Source: the human T2T-CHM13v2.0 reference genome, Homo sapiens
Assembly (NCBI RefSeq): GCF_009914755.1
Contig: NC_060941.1
DNA: 64,000 bases
Strand: one strand, 5' to 3'
In this document: piece after piece, positions 13,383 to 27,852 of the stretch
Layout of the letters: the number at the start of each line of letters is the position of its first letter
Position numbering within the stretch: the stretch's first letter is position 1
Notes under the pieces: model-generated
Seen by the model: only the letters and a program-made list of their open reading frames with translations
What the model was told of the DNA's origin: nothing
The model's database searches: none
Program-made: the position numbers and the translations under genes

Positions 13383-16300
13383 AGTTGAAAATAAACTTTA
13401 AGATGTATGAATTAAAAAAAAAAATCCTATCCATCTGGTGAGGGGTCATAATTATTTTTAAAAAAAGTCTTCGCGAGATTTGATGAGCTTCCCGATTGGT
13501 GAACATATTGAGGTGCTGGGACGGTGGTGCACCCAAAGAAGGCCTAGAAGCTTCATGCATATTCTGCATATTCCTCGCCCCTGCCCTAGTCCTGCTGCAA
13601 CCTTACACTGTGTACCTGTTCCATGTCGCTGCTCCTGAGTTGTATCCTTTATAATAAACCAGAGTTATTATGTTTCCTTGAGTTCTGTGAGTCATTCTAG
13701 CAAATTATCAAACATGAAGAGGGGTTGTAGGATTTATAGTTGCTTAGTCAGTTTGAGGCCTAGACTTATGATTGGCCTCTGAAGTAGGAGGAGTCTGATG
13801 TAAGTAAACACTTTAACTCTTGCGATCTGATGTTAACTTTAGGTAGATAAATCTTAGAATTGAATTAAATTGTAGAACCGTCAGCTGGTGTTTGGAGAAC
13901 TGGAGAATTTGCTGGTGTTAAAAAACATATAATAATAATAATAATGAATTATGCTTTTACAGCATGATTTCAGAGACAGCTGAATTGTCTAATGCACCGA
14001 GAGTGACTAGAAGGCAATAGCACTGTATGAATGCTTATTCTCCCTCATGCCTCCCCAGCCACTTCAATGATCTGGCCTAATTCCAGTGGCCCACCTCCTT
14101 GCTCCAACATTAAGGTCCATTGCAAATTTGTAGGTGTGTGTGACATTTTACCCTTAAGAAGCATCTTTTCAACAGGACTGATATGGGTATCCTGTAATCT
14201 GGTTCTATTTCATGTGTTTTCTAAGTTTTCTTTAATTGAAGAAATGAGAAAGAGGGATATATTTTTGCAGTCACAGCTCATGTAAGTAACTCTGCTAAAC
14301 AGTAGGTTGTGTGATGGCCTCAGGGCCCCCTGTCCCCTTGCTCCTTTACCAAAATTAACAGTGTGCCATGGACTTTCATACAGTTTCTTATTTGACACTC
14401 ACATTAGCCTTGGGAGGACATTTCAACTAGACATATTATCACTATTTTCCAAATGAGAGAATGGAATCTCAGAAAGACAGACTACAGTAAAAGAATCAAA
14501 GCATATTAAACCTGGAGGGCATTTGGGAGATCATGTGGCAAAATCCCTCCATTTTATGAAGGGAAAATGAAGCCTGGATCAGGAAGTGATTTGCCCAAAG
14601 CCACATGGTCACTGGTAGAACTGGGTTAAAAACCCATTTGTCTTCTTACTTTGGTACTTTCTCCTTTGGTTATATCATCTAGGCCCCCAGTGCAGATTTT
14701 CTTCATAGCAAATCTAGGGTTTACCATCCCCCGTCCCTGCCAATACCACTGTCTGTAAAATATAGACTCCTCCTCAAGTTAGTTTCCCTCCTGTTGAGGC
14801 AAAGATTGGAAAAGTGTAATTAGACCAACAACACTCAGCTTTATTAATGAGCCTTTCAAGATGCTGCCTGCTTCCCACGTGTGGGACTGGACCAAATGGG
14901 ACAGTTGCCCAATAAGAGCCCAAGGAAAGGAGAATGTGAGGGATGAGTCAATCCTGGGCATGTGCTTACTCAACCTAGACTAGCACATGTAGTTGGTGGG
15001 AGAACTTGAACTGTGACAGGGAGGATCAAGGTTACAGCTAAAAATTAGCGCTGAATGTCAAGTTCAAAAGGTGAGGCTAGGGATGAAATTGGAGGATGAA
15101 TCATGAAGTTGAAGCCAAAAGGTTCAAGAAAAGGATGGATTCCGTATGAGAAACGTGGTTCAGAACCTAGGATGTGAACACTCGGTAAGTGCTACTGGTG
15201 CCTGGGATTGGTGCCTGGGATGTGGTGATGGGTACCATGCAGGACAAGACGGCATCTACTGAGTGCTCCCGCAGATATCATCTATGGGAAAGACACACAC
15301 TTTAGGGAAATAACATTGTATTATTTATGACATACATATGGTCTCTGGGGAAGCTTTTTGAAACTCAGTTCATCTTTCCTTTGATGGGGAAAAAGCAGAA
15401 TTAGACTGAAATCTTTTTTAGCCTACTTGTCATTCAGATAGCATGCTTGCTGACCCTTTTATCTTTGCCGAAATCAGAATCCTTCATGTCTGCTGCATGC
15501 GCTGTGCAATGCTATCTGGACTTCAGTGTGAAGCTGTTTTTCCCCTCTGCCCTCTTTTCCATCTGTCCTCACATTTCTGAGTACAGATTAAAAGCCTTGC
15601 ACTCATTAGCTGGGGCACCACTGCAGCCAGCCAGCCCATGTTTACTGGGTGCCCATGGGGTACCTGGCATTGCCCTGGGCACCTGCGAGAGAAGCCAAGG
15701 GCTCTGACATCCCTTGCCCTGGGTTCTGGCTCCCAACGGTGCTGCAGGGCAGATGAACAGGCCTGACAAATAGTAATCAGGAGGATGAGGGGGGACTGGA
15801 AGTTTGGAATTTTGAGGGGGCTGGAGAGGAATGAGGTTTTGGATAGAATTAGAAAGTGTGAGATTCAGTAAACAGTTATTTTAAATGAAAGAAAGAACTT
15901 CCAGCAAGTGCAGTTTCTATTACTGTCCTTGCAGAGTGGCGGACACACCCATTCTCATGAATTCTGTAATGGATGGAATATGAAATATTGCCAAAATAAG
16001 TGACATTCCTTGGTTGGGAGATGTATTGAGGCTATTTGGTTCTGCCTGCTTATTTCCTACTTAAGGAAACTTTTCCATATATGTGCTTAGGAGGGTCTAG
16101 TTGGGATATGCACTTTCAAATAACCTGAATGTTCAGAATGGGCTCACTATAAACACCGGCAGTTGCCAACAAAAGTATAAGATGGGCTAGAATTTCCATG
16201 CTTTGGATGAGGTAAAAGAGGCCCAACCACTTCTGAATGAAAAGTTATTCCTCACTCTGTCTTTGCTTAATAAAACTGCACTCACTCTGAACTTCAGAAA

Positions 16301-18041
16301 TCAAAAGCAGCTTTGATTTGTTGGGGTGGAAAACGGTGGGTAAATTTTTCCTTTTTTTAAATTTTGTTTTCTCAGAATATCATTATGATATCTGTGCAAT
16401 GTGGAAAAACAATTATCTGCTCTCTAAAGAGATGAAGGTTTGCAACTGAAAATACAATGTAAAAGAGAGTATTTCTCTTCCTGACTTGAGAATGAAACTA
16501 AACCATGCCTATCCCTGAAGACCCAGGGAAAATTCCATTCCTTCCATGCAATTCCCCTCTTAAATATCTTTGTGCTTCCCCAGGGCGCAGCACATTGGTG
16601 TGAGTCTACTGGCCGCTCAGTAAATACCTGAAGATAAAGGGCATAGTAATAGCTAATGTAGTCATAACAGTTTTCACTGTTGAGTGCCTACAAGGAGCCA
16701 GCTCTGGTAGGAGCAGTTTTATGGTCCTCAACAGTCACCATATGCATTCCTTATAATGAGCCAGCAAAAAAGGAATTATATCCAATTTCACAAATAGTCA
16801 GCCTGAGACTCGAAGAGGTGAAGTCTAAGGCCACACAATCAGTAAATGACAGGACTGGAATCTGATTCCAAAGCCCCTGCTCCATGCAGATATCTCAGTG
16901 GCTTCTGCACAGGACAGGACACAAGTTGCTGTGACCAGCTGGTGTGCTTCTCTTTATTTGCACCTGGACAGGCCAAGGATTGATGAGTGGGCCGGAGCCC
17001 CTTTGAAAATAGCTTTTGAATAACCCATATGAGAAAGGACCAGTAAGTTGGCTTGGTTTCTTGGTTTTCTCATTGCTGTCGGCTTGAACTTTAATAGAAT
17101 GCACACCTTCCTCTTTTGTAGTTTCACTAAATGTCAAGGTTACATCAGCGTGAGCCACTTACTTTTCAGGGAGGGAAGTGTGTACCACTAGTGGCCCAGC
17201 ATATCAACAAGGCAAGGAAAGCTTTCCCAGTAACCCTCTCTGTGGCAGGGCCAGCAGTGCAGCCCTCTTGGGTGTCTCCACACATCCCTAGGATGTGGGA
17301 GAGGGCAAAGGGAGGTACCCAGTGGCCACTTGCTGGCTGATTGATAAAGAATGATTTTTGGTTTCTCTCTCCTTCTCCAGCATCCTGGGGGGGTGTGTCA
17401 GCTCACTGAGAGAGACCCTTTTTCTCTTGAGATTTCTCTGCCCTTTCTCTGCACCCATCCCACATGCTTGTTTCTCAGGCTTGAGTAGAAGGCAGATGTT
17501 CACAGTCAGCTGTAATGGGCCCTGGGCTTGCTCTTTATACATATATGTGTGCACTTGTGCATTCATTATTTATTGAGTGCCTACTCTATGCTGGACACTG
17601 TGTTCTAAGCGAGACAGGAACCCTGAACTGTCTTGGGGGTGGGAAGACCCTCTAGGTACAAAAAAATGTGAAGTGTAATGAGAACACACTTACACATTCT
17701 GCCAGAGCCCCAAAGAGTCATTCACCCTGTCGGGGAGTGAAAGTAGTGATGCTGGTGGGGTTGGAGAAGTCTTCATAGCTCAGGTGCACATTTAAACTGA
17801 ATCTTGAAAGAGAAGTAGGATTTGATAGGCAAACAGGGCAGGAGGATGGAGCGTTCTGGGCAGATGAATGCCTATGCAAAGGCCTGGATAAACGTGGTTT
17901 TCAGAGAAGAAACTGGGAAATACTCATTCTCTGTTTATGTAAATGTGATGCCTCCTTTAAGTCCAGCACGAGTCCCACTTTCTCTGAGAGGCTGATCTAC
18001 ACTATTCCAGGTAACCCCTTGCTCTCCTTTTAAAATAATCC

Positions 18042-18346
18042 TGATGTTGGTCAAAGGATTCAAAATTTCAGTTTAGATAGGAGGAATAAGTTCAAGAGAT
18101 CTATTGTATAACACAGTGACTGTAGTTAATAACAACATACTGCACTGTATACTTCAAAGTTGCTGAGCGAGTAGATTTTTAAGTATTCTCACCACAAGAA
18201 AACGATAAGTGTGCAAGATGATGTACGTGTTAATTAGACTGATTTAACCCATCCACAAAATAAGCATATTTCAAAACATGTTATACACCAAAAATAAATA
18301 CATTTTAAATTTGCCAGTTGAAAATTTTTAAAATATATATAAAAAA
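18042..18346 (+). mobile_element. L1MA 3' end
   Basis: GTTGGTCAAAGGAT...TAGATAGGAGGAATAAGTTCAAGAGATCTATTGTA...GAGTAGATTTT...TTCTCACCACAA. Confidence 0.85.
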
Positions 18347-19641
18347 ATCTGTAGCATTATCTGTCTATACTTAATCAACTAGGCCTTGTGTTGTTACTTA
18401 ACTCTCCAATGGATATCTATTTTTTCCCCTTAACTATACTGGTAGCCTTTGGAAAGCACAGAGCATATTCTATATATATTCTGTTCCCCTACTATGACAA
18501 GCATAGAACAGAGTACTTAAAAATATTTAACATGTATCTAGAATGAGCCAGAAAAAGACTTTAGAGATTTTTCAGAGAACTGCCCTCATTTGACAAACAA
18601 GAGGCTCAGAAAGGGGAAATGAACTTTAATGAAATCATTTGGTGGCACAGGTGGGATCAGAACTCAGGTCTTCTGATTCTCAGTTAGTGGCCTGCTGGTT
18701 TCATCAGCTGCTTCCCTGTTTGTTGTAGGCAGCTGGATAGATGGACATCATGGGTGTGTGATGCATGTCAATTGCAGCCTTGTCTCAATGCCACCCACTC
18801 TTCAGCTATTTGCTAAACCTCTTCATCTCTCTCCCTGTTGCCTCCACACCATCTTGGGGGAGGCAAGTTTGTATTTTCAAAAGTGGAGACTCCTCAGCAA
18901 TGGACTATCTCCTACCAGAGCCTTCTGAGGACACCTTTCACAGAGCAGTTGGCATTTGTCGGGGGTGAGGAGGAAGGGAGTGGAGAGGATGTAATCTCCT
19001 GCTTTCACTTTTAATTCTTCAGGAGGAAAGGTCTTCCCCCCATCTCTGATGAGTGTTTTCAGAGTAATAATCACCTGTGGAGTAGGAGGGGTATCCCACA
19101 CATTTTTAATGAACCCAGATTAATGAGATGTCACCAAGACGATTTTTTTTTTTTACTTTAAAATGAAGTTTCTTTTGTCTCAGAGCCTTTGATTCAGAAG
19201 ATCTTTATGAACAGAGATGGCTCCATGTGAGTGATGCCCAGAAATGCCTTGATCACATACAGTGGCTCATGTGGGTCCTGGGCTAAGCTGTCACTTTTTA
19301 CAGCTATGCCTCAGGAAGTGGGCAGTCCTTCTCCTATTCTAAAAATCAAAATAGGATAATAATGATATTTCCTTACATTTGTAAATAGCAACTTGCAAAG
19401 TACTTTGAGTTTGATAAAGCACTTTAAATGCTTCATTAATTTTTTTAAAGATGCTATCACTGATTTTACTTCATGTCCATCCTATTTATTTATCAAATAT
19501 TTATTGAGTGCCTATTATGATTCTAAACATTAGGAACACAGCAGTGAAAAAAGACAGACGATGCCCCTGTTATTGCAGAACTTTCTTTTTTAAAAATAAA
19601 AGACTTTTGCAGAACTTTTTTTTTTTAAAGACTTAAAAAAA

Positions 19642-19933
19642 TTTTTTTAAGGACGGGGTCTCACTGTCACCTACGCTGGAATGCAGTGGCATGATCATAG
19701 TTCACTGCAGCCTTGAACACTTGGGCTCAAGCAATCTTCCCACCTCAGTCCCTTGAGTAGCTGAGACTACAGGTGCATGCCACCACACCCAGCTAATTTT
19801 TTGTTGTTGTTGTTTGGTAGAGACAAGGTCTTGCTATGTTACCTAGGCTGGTCTTGAACTCCTGGGCTCAAGTGATCCCTGCCTTAGCCTCCAAAATTTC
19901 TGGGATTATAGGTGTAAGCCACTGTGCCAGACC
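19642..19933 (-). mobile_element. AluJ
   Basis: Reverse Alu with GATCATAGTTCACTGCAGCCTTGAAC and CTCCTGGGCTCAAG. Confidence 0.9.
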
Positions 19934-19939
19934 TTTAAA

Positions 19940-20545
19940 TACTTTTTATTTTGAAATAATTTTGATCTGTAGAAGAGTTAAGATAGTACAGGAAGTTTGC
20001 ATATAACTTTCATCCATCTTCCCTTAACTTTTTTTTTTTATTGAAACTAAGAAGTTAACATTGGCACAACACTATGAACTAAATTAGAGACTATATTCAG
20101 TTTCTACTACTTTTTCTACTACTGTCCTTTTTCTGTTGCAGGATATAATCCAGGATCTCACATACAATTAGTTGTCATCTCTATTCAGTCTCCTCCAATC
20201 TGTGATAGATCATCAGTCTTTCCTTGCTTTTCACGATCTTCACACTTTTGACGGGTACTTATCAGATATTTTGTAGAATGTCCCTCAGTTTATGTTTGTC
20301 TGATGCTCTCTTACAATTATTCTGGGCTTATGGATTTTTGGATACATATCACAGGGGAAAGTGCCCTTCTCTTCGCATCAGAGGTACCCAATATCCACAA
20401 GACGTCCCTGGTGCAGTTAGCTTTGATCACTTGGCCCAGGTGGTGTCTGCCAGGTTCCTTCTCTGTGAAGATATTATTTTCCATTTGCTTTTCTTTGGAA
20501 GGAAGTTACTAAGTCCTGCCCACCACACTGAAGAGGAGGGGAATT
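19940..20545 (-). mobile_element. L1MC 3' end, nested in an L2 relic (~19480-20760)
   Basis: TTTTATTTTGAAATAATTT...AAGATAGTACAG...ACTAAGAAGTTAACATTGG...ATCCAGGATC; L2-like sequence on either side. Confidence 0.7.
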
Positions 20546-22838
20546 AGCAGAGCTTGCTTTTAAGTAAAAGGAGATAGAAAATAATGGAGTAAATAAACAT
20601 GAAAAATTATCAATGAATGATCAGTTTTGAGCAGAGAATCAAAACTAAGTGATGTGATTGTGAGTGACTGGGTGGTTAGGGACAGTTTCAGCTGATATCC
20701 AAATAATAAGGAGTTGGCCATGAAAAGACCAGGGGGAGGAGCATGCTAGAGAGAGGGAACAGCTTCCAGTGCAGGAGCAAACTTGGCATGATCAGACCAT
20801 GCCTCTCCCCTTTTCAAAACCCTCCAGTGACTCCCGTTCCACCAGAGGGAAAGCCACAGTCCCAACACTGGCCCACACAATCTGCACAATCTGTCCCCCA
20901 TTTGACCTCTAGCCCCACCCTACACCTTGCTATTCCTCAAACACACCAAGCACACTCCACACTTAGGCCTTGGTGCTGGCAGCTCCTTATGGAGAAACTG
21001 TTCTCCTTTTTACGCTCATGGTCATCTCCCTCACTTCTCTAAGGTTTTATTCAATGTCATCTTTTCAGATGCTTAAACTTTTTTTTGTGTGTGTGTGTAT
21101 CACCACACACACATGCACACACACAAACAAACACACAGTGAGTGAGTAGGTGCCCCAGTCCCTAGAAGTATTGGCACGTGGGTTAGAGGGAAGCCCACTG
21201 CATATGGACTTTTCATATGGGCTTGGAAACTTTCTTAAGCTAACTGGGCATGCTTGAAAAGCCAATAGGCAACTGTGACTCTTTAGCACCCATCTCCTTA
21301 AGGTTGTTTTTTTCTGACAGTTATCACTGCCAAGTTGACAAGCAATCAATTCCTTTGCTCCACGCTTTAGACACTGCCTAAATTTCAGGTATTAGCAAAT
21401 TCTTCTGCTCCCTCTTCATTTGCTGGTGACTAAAGAGGCATATGCATCATGCCTCCTACCAGCTGGCATGAGTTGTATGATATCATATAGTTTCTACTAA
21501 ACCTCATACATCTCTGCTTTCTCTAATGAGGTGGATGTGGATATTGAGGTTGCATTTCTTTTCAGAGAAAATAAAAGGCAAGTCAATCCACGTGGTCAGA
21601 TAAAGGGAAATAAGTCTTGAATAGGAATCTCTCCTAAATGGCCAATGAATCAGCATAGAAAATGCATCAGTGAGGCCTAAGTTAGTACCACAATAATTCT
21701 CATTTTACAGATGAGTAAACTGAGGCAGGGAGTGGTAAATAACTTTCCTAAGGCTAGTACCAGGAGCAGAGCCAAGAGTCAAGTCTAAGCAATCTGGATG
21801 TACCCACAATCCTCTAGCAGTGGCTCCAGTGTGGAGGACTCCTATTGTAGACAGTGCCTTCTCCTAGCACAACATCAGCAAAGAAAGACTGTAAATATCT
21901 CCTTACTAGAATGGAAGCTCCCTGAGGGCAAGAATTATGAATTACTCATAATTGAACCTAGAGATTGGCAAAATAATTCACACAGTAGGAACTCAAATAG
22001 GTATCTGTGAGGAATTAATATTATTCATTATACAGAGTTTTGGATTATTCACTATTTTGGATTAGTCATTCTTCTGTTTCTTTGATGAGGAAGGCATCAG
22101 AGACACTGGTCAGACTGTAATGTAGGAATCTATTTTCCTTAGTTGGATTCCTTTTCTACACTTTTTGGGCATTATTTCCTCATAGAAATGTTTTGTAAAT
22201 GTGGCCAGAAAATCAACAGGGACTTAAGGGAGGTTAAAGGAATTAACATGTGTTTGCAATAAAGCGAGTCATGCTATAGCTAAGAAAGTAGTGGTTTTGT
22301 AAATTAAACCCTGACCCCAGCTCTGAACTCAAGCAAACATTCTTTTTCCTTTAGAAAAGAAATCAAATACATGCCAGTATGAAAAAAATGCATCTTCCAT
22401 ATTAAAGGTCCACTGTAACTAAACTTTTAATTAAAATGAGCACAAAAATTAAATAATATAACCTGCAATGTTGATGAAGCTTAGCCTCTGTGCAAGAAAG
22501 CTATGTGTTTCTAACCTGTTGACATTTTTCAAAACATTAATAATGGGAAAACTATCCCAGTGGGGATATCTCAGACTTAAATATTCAAAAGGTTTTTGGA
22601 AAGTGTCCTACATCTGGGACTGTTACAAAGATAAGTCAACACAGGGATAAAAAAAAAAAAGTGCTTGGGTTGTTTTAGTACCTTGGAAAGGACCGATACT
22701 AAATAGAGTTGTTATAGACCAATCTCCTTTGCCCGGATAAGACGGTCCCTGACTGGGTGTGGATGACAGGGAGCTAGGAAGATTGGCTGAACATGATGGT
22801 GCACACCTAACAGGCTCCATATCAAGAAAGGGAAATGG

Positions 22839-23147
<309 letters not shown>

Positions 23148-23252
23148 TCAATGAGTAATCTGGAACAATATAAACAATTCTTTTTGCTCTGAGTTCTAGA
23201 AACTGACAGGGAGACAAGAGATGTGGACATATCTGATGGACAATTATGTTAG

Positions 23253-23692
<440 letters not shown>

Positions 23693-24294
23693 GCACTCTG
23701 TGCCAGATCCAGTGCTAAGGTTATCTCATACTAACTCATTTTATCCCAACAACAGCCCTTTGAGGTTGACATCATTATTATTATTATTACCATTCTTCTC
23801 ACTCAGGAAGAGCCTAGATAACTTATCAGAAGGCACACAGTAGGTGGTAGAGCTGTCATTCAAATGTGCTTGCTTGAAGCTAATGCTAACGCCTGAGCAA
23901 CTCATCTGAGCCCACCCTGTGATTTTTACATTGACTGGCAGAAACGAAGGAGAGGGAGAACAATGTTAGCAGCCAGGAAGATGAGTCACATGGCTGTGAT
24001 GTGCCACTGAGTCCCTGTGATGAGGAAGACTGTTGTGACACTCAATTACAAGATGCTAAATTCTTTGAGTGTACATTATGGATTGCTTATAGTTATTCTT
24101 TCTATTAATGGGTGACACTCCTGTTTGTCTGGGATGCTTTTATCCTATTTCAGTTATGTTCATGCTTCTCTTTCAAGATCCGGCTTATGTCAGAAAGCCT
24201 TCTCCATCCCCCTAATTTGAGTCGGATGTGTCAACAGCACTTGAGCTTGTGAATTTTGTCAGGCTGATCTGAATAGAACTGTCTATCTTCCCAC

Positions 24295-24848
24295 TGTGGC
24301 AGACATCTTTTAGGGTGTCTGCATAACCGACAGTGTCTGCCTTCACCAGATAACTGTTCTCCCCACCATACAGGCAGGTAACCAAGACCTATTTATCTAC
24401 CTCATCCCACATGGATAGCTGATTGGGTCAGAGAGGACATCAGATCCTCTCGGGGAAAACCAAATTTCTTCTTTGGAGAATGTGGAATTGGGATAAAGAG
24501 CCAGACAGCTAGTCAGTACAAGAAGGTCTTGCGCCAAAGGAACATAAACTTGGGAGCTGAAGTGGGACCATTTCTGCCCTCTATATACACAGAAAATAAA
24601 AAATAAAAAAAAGACAGCTCATGGGGAGAATTGAGAATAAGGCCGTCATGCAGAGATGGGCAATGGAGTAGGAGTGAGTCCCTGGCTTATAACCTTGTTT
24701 CAGTTTTGGCTTCCAGTTCCTTCATTTGTCCAGTTACCCTTGAGTTCTATGACATATCCCAAAGGTATTCTAGTAAATCCTCCTTTTAGTTTAAACCCAT
24801 TTGAGTGCGTTTCTGTTACTTGCCCCCCAAAGCACTTTACCTAAGATG
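24295..24848 (+). mobile_element. Old MaLR/ERVL-type LTR
   Basis: Starts TGTGGCAGAC; ends TTTAAACCCATTTGAGTGCGTTTCTGTTACTTGC, a typical MLT1-like 3' end. Confidence 0.45.
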
Positions 24849-26172
24849 CCGTCAGGAACTAGAGCCCCCAGAGGACAGTGGCAGGATTTGTTCTTGGGTG
24901 CATCCCTAAGGTAGCACAGTTCCTGGCTTAGTTATATGAATTTTTGTTGAATTTTACTAACTTGATATAGCTTTTCTATGAGATAGCAATAACACTACCT
25001 GGTCCTCCCCAAATTGCCACACGCTCCAGGGAATTAGATGAATTAAAGCCAAGGGCTGGCTGGCTCCATTGAAAGCCACGCTTCGCCTCACTGTTGTTCC
25101 GTCTCGTTTCCAGTTTGAGAAGGCAGGGAGGCTGGGAAGCTGAAAAGCACTCAGAAGACAGGGAACAGCAGGAGAAAGTGACAAGCGAGACAGGATTTGA
25201 AAGGGGCTTGTTTTGAGTGCTTTGGAATCAACTTGTTCTTTAATTAAGGGGGAAATATCACCCTCCAGCTAGTAAAGACACCCCTAAGAAAATTAAAATA
25301 ATGTAAATCAAGCTAAATGAATACTCCAGAAGCGGCACTAGAGCTTTGTAGGATTGAGTGTTTGGATGCCCCTGAGGTTTTAAAAGCAAAGCTTGCAACT
25401 GCTTTTTGGAGCAGAAACATTCTCTCTTTTGTTTGATGGCAAAGGAGGCTAAATGCCGACACCAATAGGATTCACGGAGGAGTTGGAGGTGACAGAATCT
25501 TCTTACTGTTTCGGCTCTCTAAAGACCAGAATTGAAACAAAACCTAAGTAGATGATGCTGATAAATTCCTGGGGTTGCTTCCTAGGGGTGTTCAATGCAA
25601 AGAAATCATTTAACTTGTAATTAATTCTACAAAGCAAAATGGTTCAAGGGGAACCTAGAGTTTCTAGTAAAATACCTTATTAATCACAGGGGCGTTTTAC
25701 CCGGGAGGTGCAAAATGACTGAGGTGTGATGGGGTTTGTGTGTGTGCAAGCTACTAGTATGGTAGTGGCAGGAGCAGGAGGTTCAATATTTCAAGCATCA
25801 TAACAAGAAAAGGTCGCAGATCCAAGTGAGCAGAACAATCTGAGCTTTACTTTTTCATCAAATGTCTTAATTTCCCAAGATTTTACCTTAAAGGAGGTAT
25901 GAGGATGGTTACAAAGTGTGTACTCAATCTTTGGTTGGGGGGGGGGGGCTCCAATGTAACACAAATAATTTATTACACATCAATGTTTCTGACTCTCAAG
26001 ATAGCATCATGACTCCTTAATCAATGGTTTATACGTGATGGCAAACTTGTGCAAGAAGATTTTACTTCCATAGGCCTCTTGGTGCTGGAAGAGCTACTCT
26101 AGTCCTTTCATTTCTGGATGAAGGAAAAGAGATCTAGAGAGATTAAGTGGCTTGCCAAAGGTCACCTAGTCG

Positions 26173-26311
26173 TAGGGTGAGCATATGATTCATTGTGCAA
26201 ACTGGAGGACTTTTGAAGGTGAAAGGATGTACTATAATATTACAGTTATACCAGGACTTAACTGGTGTCAGACTGGACTGTTCGGGCAAGGCAGGGCAGG
26301 TGATCATCCTA
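26173..26311 (+). mobile_element. MER94-like hAT-Blackjack MITE
   Basis: TIR-like ends TAGGGTGAGCA...TGATCATCCTA; internal CAAACTGGAGGACTTTTGAAGGTGAAAGG. Confidence 0.7.
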
Positions 26312-26534
26312 TTTAGACAGCTCAGGGCTTTGCTTCAAACTCACAAGGAATGAGGAATATTCTATTTGCGGGTCTTCTTTGCAATAATAAACTGCCATCT
26401 GGGGGCAGGGAAGGTCACCACCTGGAGGCCAGGAATGGGAGGGCGCTTCCTTGCAGGACCTCAGGCTGATGGGTTTTCTCCACAATTAAGTGTGGTTAGT
26501 AGGGGCTTGACTGTCTTCTGCAGGCCTGAGTGAA

Positions 26535-26722
26535 TGTCTTAGTCCATTCATCAGAATATCTGAGATGGGGTAATTTATAAAGAGCAGAAATTTATTTTTC
26601 ACCGTTCTGGAGGATGGGGAGTCCAAGATCAACACACCAGCAGGCTCAGTTCTCTGGTGGAGGCTGCATCCTCTGGAGGGGAGGAATGCTGTGTCATCCC
26701 ATGGCGGAAGGCAAAAGGGAAA
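26535..26722 (-). mobile_element. MST/MLT1A-type MaLR LTR fragment
   Basis: TGTCTTAGTCCATT...GGGTAATTTATAAAG...GTTCTGGAGG...AGTCCAAGATCAA. Confidence 0.75.
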
Positions 26723-26939
26723 GAAGGAGGAGGCTTTTTCTCCTGGCAGCCTTACAGCAGGATGCCTTGACACTGATAAGAAAACAGCATTAGAAGGGCC
26801 CTTGACCCATCTTCTTAGAATAAGGGTTTCAGGAACCAACTCACAACTGCTCATGTAATTTTTAAGAATTTCACCTTCTGCATGGGTGCTACTCTGGATT
26901 CTTGTTAGATATGGATGGAGGATAGAAATGCTGACACTG

Positions 26940-27322
26940 TATATATGCAATGTGGAATATTACACAGCCATAAAAAAGAACAGAATCATGTCTTTTGCAG
27001 TAACATGGATGCAGCTGGAGGCCATTATCCTAAGTGAATTAATGTAGGAACAGAAAATCAAATACTGCCTGTTCTCACTCATAAGTGGGAGCTAAACGTT
27101 GGGTACTCAATGGCACCGACAGACACTGAGGACTACTGGAGGGGCAGGGAGAGAGAGAAGCAAGCGTTGAAGAACTGACTGATGGGTACTATGCTCAGTA
27201 CCTGGGTGATGGGATCATCTGTATCCCAAACCTCAGCATCGCGAGATATACCCAAGCAACAAACACGAACATGTACCCCCCACCCCGAATCTAAAATAAA
27301 AGTTGAAATTATTTGAAAAAAA
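26940..27322 (+). mobile_element. Old L1P 3' end (L1PA16/17- or L1PB4-like)
   Basis: CAGCCATAAAAAAGAAC...GGATGCAGCTGGAGGCCATTATCCTAAG...CCAAACCTCAGCATC...ATCTAAAATAAAAGTTGAA. Confidence 0.85.
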
Positions 27323-27467
27323 TGTGAACCACAGATGATGCAGCTTGAAGAAGCATGTCATTGCTAATAAAAACAACCATTTTTGAGCACTCATTCTGTG
27401 CAAACAACTATTCTGAGCACTTTTTATACATTGATCCCCTTAATCCATAAAACTACTCTGCAAAGTG

Positions 27468-27852
27468 AAACTGTTCTGTCTCCTGATTGTGCTGATGGTC
27501 ATCCAAATCTATATACCTGTTAAACTTCAGAGAACTTTATGCCAAAATAAAAAAGTTAATTCTACTGTATAACTTAAAAAACAAAGTAAAAAAAAAAAAG
27601 ACTATATACTGTATAAGTCCACGGATTGAAATACAGGAAAGGCAAAACTCTAGTGATTGCAAATCAGTGATTGCCAGGGGCTAGGGTAGGAGGGAAGGAC
27701 TACAGAAGAACACAGAAACTTTTTGGGTTGATGGAAGCGTTCTAGACCATTTTGGTCATGGTTACACAACTATGTATTTGTGAAAAAGCATCATATTGTA
27801 CAGTTTAAATTCTTAAATTTTTTTTGTATGCAAACCATACCTCAACAAAACT
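27468..27852 (+). mobile_element. Two L1M (ME/MD-like) 3' fragments
   Basis: AACTGTTCTGTCTCCTGATTGTG and ATCAGTGATTGCCAGGGGCTAGGG...TTTTTGGGTTGATGGAA. Confidence 0.6.
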
